This document shows positions 52,092-64,000 of a stretch of 64,000 bases of DNA, piece after piece. The position numbers and the translations under genes were made by a program. The stretch comes from Neocallimastix sp. 'constans' (lineage: Eukaryota): the NCBI GenBank assembly GCA_050613775.1, contig JBODTK010000146.1, forward strand, positions 186,001-250,000, read 5' to 3'. Every line of letters starts with the position of its first letter. Positions within the stretch are counted from its first letter, which is position 1. The notes beneath the pieces are model-generated. The model did not search any database and had not been told where the DNA came from. It was given only the letters and a program-made list of their open reading frames with translations.

Positions 52092-55000
52092 TTTTTATTT
52101 AAATGAAAAAAAATACATATTTATAATTATTCTTCTTTATTAAAATATTGTTATAAAATAAAATAGTATATATAATAGGTAGTATTTACCAAAATACCAT
52201 ATAACAAAATATACTATATGCCAATAAATTTATTAATATTAAATATTATTATACCTCTTCCATAAATATTTTTATTCATAATTAATATTATTAATAGGTT
52301 ATTCCTTAATTATTTATATAATTTATTAAAAAATAAATAACTATATATAACTATATATAACATAATGTATATTTTTAATAAAAATATATTAATAAATTAC
52401 TAAATTTAAATATATTAATAAATCTATAATAAAAAATTATAAAATATACAAATTAATATATAATAAATAATTATAAATTATATTAATCTATAATAAAATA
52501 CAAATTAATTATATTTCTTAAAAATGACTACATAAAATAAAAGATTTTTTTTAAAAAAAAAAAATAAAAAAAATTATTTTATAATTATTTACTACTATTA
52601 TAGATAATAAAATTTTATATAATTTTAAAAATTTAATCAAAAAACAAATATTTAAATTAATGATAAAATATTATAATATTATATTATATTATATTATAAA
52701 TTACTAATGAAAAAAATAAATATATTATTTTATATTATAAATTTATTATATTTTAATAAAAAATTATAATTTAATAAAACAAAGCTTTTTATAATATATA
52801 ATACTATAAAAGATAAAAGTATTATATTTTCAAGTTCAATACTTTTTATTTTTTTTTTTTTTTTGTCATGTCTAGATCAATAACAATAAATTGTTACCAA
52901 ATTTCTTTTCTCCATCTAACAATGAAAGTAAATTAATTTCATAAAAAATTTTTCATTTTTTTATTGATGAACAAAGTTTTATCCTTACTTTTCATTTTGA
53001 CCTTTATTTCTTTATTCATTCTATTATAAAAATTTTAATTGTTTATTCAATATTCTTTTTTAATAATGTGTTTTTTATTTTTTATTTTTTTTAAAAAAAA
53101 AATGAATCAAATTATAAATATATACATATATAATTATTTTATTGCTTATATCATTAGTATATATTTTATAATTTTAAAGTAACATATGTTATATAACCAT
53201 AAATAAATAAAAAAAAAAAAAATTTAGTATAATAAGTAAATGAAATTATATATTTTTAAATATGTATATATAAATATTGTGTCACTTATTAATCCAAAAT
53301 TATTATATAAATATAAATTTTATAGACTATAATATTAATTAAAAGAAACCTTAATTATTTAAAGTTTATTAATAAAAAATTGATGATATTATTATATATT
53401 TTCACATTTCAAGTAATTAATTACAAATAACAACTACAAAGCATGACAATTATGTAACCAAAAAAATATATTTATATATTTAATAATAATTATAATTGAT
53501 GAACTTCATAATTCTATAACTAGGAATAGCATAAAACATATATTAATGTATTTATTTAAATAATTAAAAAAAATAAATAGATTCATATAAGTAATTAAAT
53601 AAATAAACAGATTTATTTGTAATATAATCAAATAAAAAAAAAATTTTTTTTATTGTAGTATCATTATTTTAATTTATTTTAATGATATTAATGTTTTAAA
53701 TTTTTAAATATATTATGTTTTTATATTGAATTTTATCATACTTTTTTGATAATCCTTTAATATAAAATATTATCATTATATTCTAATGTTAAAGTTTATC
53801 TGGAATAATTTGTACAAAATAATTTCATATTAAATATTTTTTATATATTGAATAATTTTTTTTTTAAGAATATTTTTTAAAATACTTCTTTCTAATTTTT
53901 TAAATCAATGTTCCTTAAAAATAGTAAAAGTATGTATATCTATATCAATGTTCCATAATAATTGTAAAAATTAATATTATAAATAATATATTAATAAAAA
54001 AAAATCTATAAATTTTATATAAATTCAATATTATTTGTTTTGTAAGTCTATGTATCCATTAATTATGTATCAATTAATTATTAATAAATAAATTAAGTGC
54101 TAATAATTCAGTTTTTTCTGAATAAATCTCTAAAATTAAATTATATATAAAAAGATAAATATTTATATTAATTTTATATATTTTGATGTATACTATAAAC
54201 TAAAGTTTCAAAGTATATTCATTCCCACTAAAAATGATTAAATATTAAAGTATTTCGTAATTAATATATATATTAATTAAATGAATGTAAAATTTATAAT
54301 TTGTTCAGGATATAAATTTAAATTAGTATGTATTTAAAAAATAGAAAATTATATAAAAAAAAAAAAAGGAATATACATGTATATTAATTAGAAAAATGAT
54401 TAGCTGAAATTCAGCTTCCTATTTAATTATTTTTTTAATAAATATAATTTATATATTTTTATATATTTTAGTAAAAATACTACTACGTAATAATTTAATG
54501 TTTATTAAATAATATACTTTCAATATGATTTTTTTTTTTTAATGTTAAGTGTTACATTTAAAGAAAATAGGTTTAAATAAATGTAAAAAAAAAAAAAAAA
54601 AAGTTAAACATAAACTGTAATAATAAAAAATTGTTAAATATTCCTTTTAAAAAATTAAAATCTACCTATGTAATAAAAAAACAATATATACTTTAATATA
54701 ATATTTAATTAGTAATTAATAATAAAAGTAATTAAAAAATAATAAATATCACGAAGTAAAATGAGAAGAAATAATATCATTGAAAAGTATGATATATAAT
54801 AGTATATTCATTAAATGTAAATGATTCAAAAAAAAAAATATATATATATATATATATATTTATTTATATATTTATATATATATATATATATTTATATATT
54901 TATATATTTATATTTATATTTATATATTTATATATATATTTAATATTTATATTACAATAATAAAAATATCTTGAAAAACAAAAAAAATTACAATAATAAA

Positions 55001-55354
55001 AATATCTTGAAAAACAAAAAAAATTTTAAGGAGTTATTAAAAGTATTAAAAGTTCTATTCTTAGTAAAGAATATAAACAGTATGATTATTAATTTGAGGA
55101 ATACATAAAGAAAAAAATAGAAAATTTCAAAGTAATTTCTATTTCTATTTTAAATATCATTTACATATATATCTGTACTAATTTGCTTAACATTTCATTA
55201 TTAGTAATTAACAGTTGTTTTAGAAATATTTTTCATATAAAAAAAATTTTAATAATTAAAATATAGAACTCATAAGTCTATATATATCATTCAAATTTTA
55301 AATATTATTCTTTTTAAATATTAATATATATTAATATTTACATATAATTTTATT

Positions 55355-56266
<912 letters not shown>

Positions 56267-56507
56267 ATTTTTTTTTTTTTTTTAAGATATTTACATATTT
56301 ACATTATTTATTATAATACTACTATTAAAAAAAATTATTATAATTTTTTATAAATATTAATAATATTTAAATATATATGTATTAATATTTATAATATATA
56401 AAATTTATTAAATGATTATTAATAATATAATATTTTGATATATGTAATATATTATATATTGAAAAATGATAGTTTATTTCTTTTTTTTATTAATATTTGA
56501 ATTTAAT

Positions 56508-56538
<31 letters not shown>

Positions 56539-56637
56539 TAATTAAACTATAGCGGTAATAATATATTATAGGATAATATAATATTTTTTTATATTATTAG
56601 TATTTTTTTTATATTATCAGTAATTAGAATAATTAGT

Positions 56638-58839
56638 TTAAAGTGTTTCATGGAAAGTTCTTGCTATGACTTCTCTTTGTTGACTTGGTGATAAACGAAT
56701 GAAATGAACAGCATATCCTGAAACACGAATAGTTAAGTTTGGATAGTTCTCTGGATGAACCATGGCATCTTCTAATGTTTCACGAACTAATACATTAACA
56801 TTTAAGTGGAATCCTCCTTGAGAGAAGTATCCATCTAATAAACCAGAAAGATTAGCAACACGTTCATCATCAAGTTTACCTAAAACTGTTGGAACGAAAG
56901 TGAAAGTGTTAGAAATACCATCTTTACAATATTCATATTCAACTTTACTAACTGAATTAAGAGAAGCAACTGCTCCATTAGTTTCACGTCCATGCATTGG
57001 ATTACATCCTGGTGCAAATGCTTCTCCGGCTTTACGACCATCTGGTGTAGATCCGGTTTTCTTACCATAAACAACATTAGAAGTAATAGTTAAAATAGAT
57101 AAGGTATGTTCAGCTCCTCTGTAAGCTGGATATTTCTTTAATTTAGCAAGGAAGATCTTTGGAATTTCAATTGCAAAATGATCAACACGATCATCATCAT
57201 TACCAAATTTAGGGAAATCTCCTTCAATCTTGAAGTCGGTAGTTAAATTAGTTTCTGGATTACGAATTGGGAAGACCTTAGCATATTTAATAGCAGAGAA
57301 CGAATCAACAATAACTGAAAAACCAGCAATACCGAAAGCCATGTATCGATGAACATTAGTATCATGAAGTGCCATTTGAATAGCTTCATAACAGTATTTA
57401 TCATGAGAATAATGAATAGCATTCATAGTATTCACATAAAGACATGCAATCCAATCCATAGCTTTGTCATAGATTTCCCATGCTGATTCGAAATTAACGG
57501 ATCCATCTTCATTTAATTTAATATCTCCAAAATCTGGTCCAACTTGTTTTTCTGTTCTTTCATCATATCCATGATTGAAAGCATAAAGTAAAAGTTTAGC
57601 TAAATTACAACGAGCTCCAAAGAATTGCATATCTTTACCAACTCTCATTTGAGAAACACAACAAGCAATAGCATAATCATCTCCAAACATACTATTCATA
57701 AGATTATCATTTTCATATTGAATTGAAGAAGTTTCAATAGAAACTTTATTACAGAAATGTTTGAATGGTGTTGGAAGTTTATTATTCCATAAAACTGTAA
57801 TATTTGGTTCTGGTGCTGCACCAAGAGTTCTGAGAGTATTAACAATACGATAAGAAGTTTTACTAACTAATGGTCTTCCATCATTATTCATTCCACCAAC
57901 AACCATAGTAACCCAAGTTGGATCTCCTGCAAATAAATCATTATATTCTGGAGTACGTAAATGACGAACTAATCTAAGTTTAATAATTAATTGATCAATT
58001 AAATCTTGAGCTTCAGCTTCAGTTAAAAGACCTTTCTTCATATCATTTTCAATATAAATATCGAAGAAACAATCAACACGTCCGAAAGACATAGCAGCAC
58101 CATCTTGATCCTTGACACTAGCAAGATAACCAAAGTAAGTCCATTGAATAGCTTCTTTAGCATTTGTAGCTGGCTTGGAAAGATCATAACCATATCTTTG
58201 ACCAAGAGCTTTTAATTCATTAAGAGCTTTGATTTGTTCAGCAAGTTCTTCTCTAGTACGCATATTTTCTTCAGTCATGGTGATACCAAGAGAAAGTTTA
58301 TCTTGCATTTTCCATTCAATTAATTGATCAACTCCATATAAAGCAATACGTCTGTAATCACCAATAATTCTACCACGACCATAACCATCTGGTAAACCAG
58401 TGAGAATGGCATTAGATCTAGCTTTTCTCATTTCTGGAGTATAAAGATCGAAAACACAATCATTGTGAGTTTTACGATATTTGAAAATTTCTTCAACTTC
58501 TGGATCAAGAGTACGATTATATGCTTTTAAAGCATTCTTAACAATACGAACACCACCGAATGGCTTAATTGAACGTTTAAGAGGAGCATCAGTTTGTAAA
58601 CCGACAATATCTTCATTTTCCTTGATGATATAACCAGCTTCATGAGCATTAACAGTAGAAATAGTTTTATTATCTACATCAAGACAACCACCGCTCTTGA
58701 TTTCTTCAGCACGAAGTTCACTACATTTATCCCAAACTTCTTTAGTTTTTTTGGAAGCTTCAGTAACTAAGAAAGAAGCATCACCTTCATATGGGGTGTA
58801 ATTTTCTTTAATCCACTTAGCAGTATCAATAACTTTCAT
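56638..58839 (-). CDS. pfl: Pyruvate formate-lyase copy 4, 733 aa, intronless
   Basis: Single [12 protein letters not shown]...IACCVS...RVSGY...FHETL. Confidence 0.97.
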   Translation of the reverse strand: MKVIDTAKWIKENYTPYEGDASFLVTEASKKTKEVWDKCSELRAEEIKSGGCLDVDNKTISTVNAHEAGYIIKENEDIVGLQTDAPLKRSIKPFGGVRIVKNALKAYNRTLDPEVEEIFKYRKTHNDCVFDLYTPEMRKARSNAILTGLPDGYGRGRIIGDYRRIALYGVDQLIEWKMQDKLSLGITMTEENMRTREELAEQIKALNELKALGQRYGYDLSKPATNAKEAIQWTYFGYLASVKDQDGAAMSFGRVDCFFDIYIENDMKKGLLTEAEAQDLIDQLIIKLRLVRHLRTPEYNDLFAGDPTWVTMVVGGMNNDGRPLVSKTSYRIVNTLRTLGAAPEPNITVLWNNKLPTPFKHFCNKVSIETSSIQYENDNLMNSMFGDDYAIACCVSQMRVGKDMQFFGARCNLAKLLLYAFNHGYDERTEKQVGPDFGDIKLNEDGSVNFESAWEIYDKAMDWIACLYVNTMNAIHYSHDKYCYEAIQMALHDTNVHRYMAFGIAGFSVIVDSFSAIKYAKVFPIRNPETNLTTDFKIEGDFPKFGNDDDRVDHFAIEIPKIFLAKLKKYPAYRGAEHTLSILTITSNVVYGKKTGSTPDGRKAGEAFAPGCNPMHGRETNGAVASLNSVSKVEYEYCKDGISNTFTFVPTVLGKLDDERVANLSGLLDGYFSQGGFHLNVNVLVRETLEDAMVHPENYPNLTIRVSGYAVHFIRLSPSQQREVIARTFHETL

Positions 58840-59119
58840 TTTGTTTTTATTTTTTTTTTTTTAATTATTTATTTAAAAAAATTTTTTGATATTAATTCTA
58901 ATAATATTTTAAATTTGTAATAGTTTTTTAATTTTAATATTTTATTTTATAATATTAACTTTATTTTAAATTTCTAGTTATTTAATGTTTTATTATTATT
59001 ATAATTTTATTTATATGGTATATTTAATAATATTTATAAAATAAAGTAATAAATTTTTTAATTATTTAATTTGTTGATGATAAAAATTTTTAATTGAAAA
59101 ATTTCTTTGTATTTATAAA

Positions 59120-59211
<92 letters not shown>

Positions 59212-61210
59212 ATTATTAATATTTAAATTAATATATTAAAATTTATTATAACGATTATTTTACGGTAATAATTTTCGATATAAACTTTAAAATTTTTAAA
59301 TTTTAATTAAAATTTGAAATTATTTCCATATAATAAATATTACATATAATAGATTTTTATCCGATTTTTTAAGACTATAAATGGTGGAAAAAAAAAAATT
59401 TTATTTAGTAATAAAATTCTCTATTTGTCGGTTAATTTACCAAATTTTACTATTAAAAAAAATAATAAAAATAATAAAAAAGAAAATTAGAATAAAATTT
59501 TATAAAATGAATAAAAGATACAAATTACAAATAATTACATTTAAAGTTAAATTAGTTAATAATATATATATATTTATATAATTTTATTTTTATATATTTT
59601 ATTATATGTTATTAAAAATAAAATTATAAATATATTTGTACATATAAATAAATAATTTATCAATAATTAAGTATCTTTTTTATTAAAATTCCTAAAAATA
59701 ATTAATATACAATATTTTTTTATAAATCGTTATATATAATATTCTGTAATAATATTTTATAATAGTATTTGTTTAGCTGAAATATAGAAAACAATAATAT
59801 AATTTCTTATAATAGAGTATTTGTGCCATTGAATAAGCCATTATTAATTTTTATTTTTTTTATTATAATTATAATGATTATTAATCATTATATTTAAATT
59901 ATTAATTTTTTTTTTTTTAATTTTTTATTTATATTAATTTACAAATAACAATATAATCTCTATAAATTTAATTTTAATTTTTAAAAATTTAAATTATTTT
60001 TGTTATATATCACATTTACAGAAATTTACAACAATGATTTTAGTAAAATTTCAATATATCAAAAATTAAAATTAAAATTATTAAAATGATTTTTACATTT
60101 TAAGATGATAATTATATATATTAAATTACTTTATCATATACAAAATTTATTATTTCTAACTATTAAATTATAATTGTGTATAATATTTAAATATTGAAAT
60201 AATACATATATTAAATTTAAAATCTTGTCTTATTATATGTAATATATCAAGATTTTATTATAATATAAAAATATATATTGTATATATTATTTGATTTTGA
60301 ATAAAAATAAACATTAAAATGTAATAAAATTTGTATCTCAAGTGTATATAAAATTTATATATGTTAATAGAGTGTCATTAATACGGTAGCAGTAAGCCTT
60401 TTCAAAATTAATATATTATTCATATTTTATATATTAATATAATGATTATATATCTATTAAAATCTTGATTATAGAAATTAATCTAAAAAAAGCTTAATCG
60501 TTCAAAAATCGTTCAAAATGATTATACAGAAATTATATAAAAATTAAAATTAATAAAAAAAAATAAAATAAATAAAATAAAAAATATGGAAATACTTAGA
60601 GTAAATGAAGATAATAATATAAGAATAAAAGATAAAAAAAAGTATTAATAACAAAATTATAAATAATTAATATTTTTTAAACAATAAATTTGCCACCAGA
60701 TTTAAAAAAAGTAATAAAATAAGAAGAAAGTTTTAATGATAATAACAATAACGGTATTTAAAAAGTATACTATTTTATTCTTCTTTTAATGGTTGTAGTT
60801 AAAAACTATATTTGTCAATATTTATTTTATTATGAATATATTAATAAATACAATTTCTAATTATTATATTACAATATTAAGTTTTCCAAAAAAATCCTAA
60901 TATTTTATTATTTATCAAAAAATATAATGATAATTATTAATAGAATTATCCGCCGCCGCATATATTTTTATAAATTTTTGAAAATATTATTTATAATAAA
61001 TAAATTAATTATTCCACATTATTTATCGTAAAGAATCGCGAATAATAAATTTTTTTTTATTTTATTTATTTTTCAAACATTTTTACATATAAATCACGAG
61101 GATAAATAATAAAAATATTAAAGTAAATATATAATAATATATTATATTTAAAATATTTTTTTTTATATTATTTTTAATTAAAAATTTAATTTTTTTTTTA
61201 TCTCTAAAAT

Positions 61211-61224
61211 CGTAATAAATTACG
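61211..61224. promoter_or_regulatory. Palindromic CGTAA-N4-TTACG candidate operator upstream of PFL copy 5
   Basis: cgtaataaattacg, starting 384 bp before the ATG. Confidence 0.45.
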
Positions 61225-61594
61225 TTTATCTAACCCTATATATTTTTATAATTTATAATAAAATATAAATTAAGTATTATTAATATTAATTAATAATAAT
61301 TACACTAAAAAAAAAATTTATATAAAAATCAAACTTTTTCAAAAAAAAAAAAAAAAATTATCATTCGTATTAAATAATTATATATTATAAAATATACCAT
61401 AAATAAAAATTTATAAAAATAATTAATATTAACTTATTAAAACTAATAATAAAATATTGATATAAATAACATAAAAAAATAAAATTTTAACAAAAAATAA
61501 TATAAAAATTAATAAATAAATTATATAAAATAAATATTAAATATTAAATAATTCAAAAAAAAATAAAATAAATAATAAAAATAAAATAATCAAA

Positions 61595-63796
61595 ATGCAA
61601 GTTATTGATACTGCTAAGTGGATTAAAGAAAATTACACCCCATATGAAGGTGATGCTTCTTTCTTAGTTACTGAAGCTTCCAAAAAAACTAAAGAAGTTT
61701 GGGATAAATGTAGTGAACTTCGTGCTGAAGAAATCAAGAGCGGTGGTTGTCTTGATGTAGATAATAAAACTATTTCTACTGTTAATGCTCACGAAGCTGG
61801 TTATATCATCAAGGAAAATGAAGATATTGTCGGTTTACAAACTGATGCTCCTCTTAAACGTTCAATTAAGCCATTCGGTGGTGTTCGTATTGTTAAGAAT
61901 GCTTTAAAAGCATATAATCGTACTCTTGATCCAGAAGTTGAAGAAATTTTCAAATATCGTAAAACTCACAATGATTGTGTTTTCGATCTTTATACTCCAG
62001 AAATGAGAAAAGCTAGATCTAATGCCATTCTCACTGGTTTACCAGATGGTTATGGTCGTGGTAGAATTATTGGTGATTACAGACGTATTGCTTTATATGG
62101 AGTTGATCAATTAATTGAATGGAAAATGCAAGATAAACTTTCTCTTGGTATCACCATGACTGAAGAAAATATGCGTACTAGAGAAGAACTTGCTGAACAA
62201 ATCAAAGCTCTTAATGAATTAAAAGCTCTTGGTCAAAGATATGGTTATGATCTTTCCAAGCCAGCTACAAATGCTAAAGAAGCTATTCAATGGACTTACT
62301 TTGGTTATCTTGCTAGTGTCAAGGATCAAGATGGTGCCGCTATGTCTTTCGGACGTGTTGATTGTTTCTTCGATATTTATATTGAAAATGATATGAAGAA
62401 AGGTCTTTTAACTGAAGCTGAAGCTCAAGATTTAATTGATCAATTAATTATTAAACTTAGATTAGTTCGTCATTTACGTACTCCAGAATACAATGATTTA
62501 TTTGCAGGAGATCCAACTTGGGTTACTATGGTTGTTGGTGGAATGAATAATGATGGAAGACCATTAGTTAGTAAAACTTCTTATCGTATTGTTAATACTC
62601 TCAGAACTCTTGGTGCAGCACCAGAACCAAATATTACAGTTTTATGGAATAATAAACTTCCAACACCATTCAAACATTTCTGTAATAAAGTATCTATTGA
62701 AACTTCTTCAATTCAATATGAAAATGATAATCTTATGAATAGTATGTTTGGAGATGATTATGCTATTGCTTGTTGTGTTTCTCAAATGAGAGTTGGTAAA
62801 GATATGCAATTCTTTGGAGCTCGTTGTAATTTAGCTAAACTTTTACTTTATGCTTTCAATCATGGATATGATGAAAGAACAGAAAAACAAGTTGGACCAG
62901 ATTTTGGAGATATTAAATTAAATGAAGATGGATCCGTTAATTTCGAATCAGCATGGGAAATTTATGATAAAGCTATGGATTGGATTGCATGTCTTTATGT
63001 GAATACTATGAATGCTATTCATTATTCTCATGATAAATACTGTTATGAAGCTATTCAAATGGCACTTCATGATACTAATGTTCATCGATACATGGCTTTC
63101 GGTATTGCTGGTTTCTCAGTTATTGTTGATTCGTTCTCTGCTATTAAATATGCTAAGGTCTTCCCAGTTCGTAATCCAGAAACTAATTTAACTACCGACT
63201 TCAAGATTGAAGGAGATTTCCCTAAATTTGGTAATGATGATGATCGTGTTGATCATTTTGCAATTGAAATTCCAAAGATCTTCCTTGCTAAATTAAAGAA
63301 ATACCCAGCTTACAGAAATGCTGAACATACCTTATCTATTTTAACTATTACTTCTAATGTTGTTTATGGTAAGAAAACCGGATCTACGCCAGATGGTCGT
63401 AAAGCCGGAGAAGCATTTGCACCAGGATGTAATCCAATGCATGGACGTGAAACTAATGGAGCAGTTGCTTCTCTTAATTCAGTTAGTAAAGTTGAATATG
63501 AATATTGTAAAGATGGTATTTCTAACACTTTCACTTTCGTTCCAACAGTTTTAGGTAAACTTGATGATGAACGTGTTGCTAATCTTTCTGGTTTATTAGA
63601 TGGATACTTCTCTCAAGGAGGATTCCACTTAAATGTTAATGTATTAGTTCGTGAAACATTAGAAGATGCCATGGTTCATCCAGAGAACTATCCAAACTTA
63701 ACTATTCGTGTTTCAGGATATGCTGTTCATTTCATTCGTTTATCACCAAGTCAACAAAGAGAAGTCATAGCAAGAACTTTCCATGAAACTCTTTAA
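61595..63796 (+). CDS. pfl: Pyruvate formate-lyase copy 5, 733 aa, intronless
   Basis: Single [12 protein letters not shown]...IACCVS...RVSGY...FHETL. Confidence 0.97.
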   Translation: MQVIDTAKWIKENYTPYEGDASFLVTEASKKTKEVWDKCSELRAEEIKSGGCLDVDNKTISTVNAHEAGYIIKENEDIVGLQTDAPLKRSIKPFGGVRIVKNALKAYNRTLDPEVEEIFKYRKTHNDCVFDLYTPEMRKARSNAILTGLPDGYGRGRIIGDYRRIALYGVDQLIEWKMQDKLSLGITMTEENMRTREELAEQIKALNELKALGQRYGYDLSKPATNAKEAIQWTYFGYLASVKDQDGAAMSFGRVDCFFDIYIENDMKKGLLTEAEAQDLIDQLIIKLRLVRHLRTPEYNDLFAGDPTWVTMVVGGMNNDGRPLVSKTSYRIVNTLRTLGAAPEPNITVLWNNKLPTPFKHFCNKVSIETSSIQYENDNLMNSMFGDDYAIACCVSQMRVGKDMQFFGARCNLAKLLLYAFNHGYDERTEKQVGPDFGDIKLNEDGSVNFESAWEIYDKAMDWIACLYVNTMNAIHYSHDKYCYEAIQMALHDTNVHRYMAFGIAGFSVIVDSFSAIKYAKVFPVRNPETNLTTDFKIEGDFPKFGNDDDRVDHFAIEIPKIFLAKLKKYPAYRNAEHTLSILTITSNVVYGKKTGSTPDGRKAGEAFAPGCNPMHGRETNGAVASLNSVSKVEYEYCKDGISNTFTFVPTVLGKLDDERVANLSGLLDGYFSQGGFHLNVNVLVRETLEDAMVHPENYPNLTIRVSGYAVHFIRLSPSQQREVIARTFHETL

Positions 63797-63914
63797 GCTA
63801 TTTTTTTTTTTAAATTACTAATAATAAAAAAAAAAAAAAAAAATACCAATAATATAAAAAAAAAAATAATAATATATTATATTATTAATACTGTGGATAT
63901 ATTAATTAAAAACT

Positions 63915-63945
<31 letters not shown>

Positions 63946-64000
63946 TTTTTTTTATGAAAGTAAAATATATACAATATGTATAAAACTATCATTATTCATT

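Noticed and set aside
54952..55023. 36-bp tandem duplication
   Set aside because: Simple slippage duplication in AT-rich DNA, two units only.

Overview
Very AT-rich, intron-rich eukaryotic DNA. Composition, short AT-rich introns, long microsatellites, a flagellar gene and fungal-type pyruvate formate-lyase point to an anaerobic gut fungus (Neocallimastigomycota); this is inference. Left half: spliced genes for RNA polymerase III subunit RPC3/RPC82 (with an apparent minor-spliceosome AT-AC intron), a sperm-tail PG-rich repeat protein (STPG2-like), FACT subunit SPT16 and a PIP5 kinase, plus an intronless GNAT acetyltransferase and an orphan ORF. These are interspersed with pseudogenes (MIOS/Sea4, a PI-PLC-like fragment), a copia relic and several inverted repeats. 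Right half (39-64 kb): five intact, near-identical 733-aa pyruvate formate-lyase genes in orientation - - + - +. Three have a 7-nt first exon plus one intron and two lack that intron precisely. The coding regions are mosaics of each other, the flanks are essentially unrelated, and a CG-N10-CG (CGTAA-N4-TTACG-like) motif recurs upstream of the copies. Gene models were assembled by eye and most short ORFs in the track are exon fragments or microsatellite artefacts.
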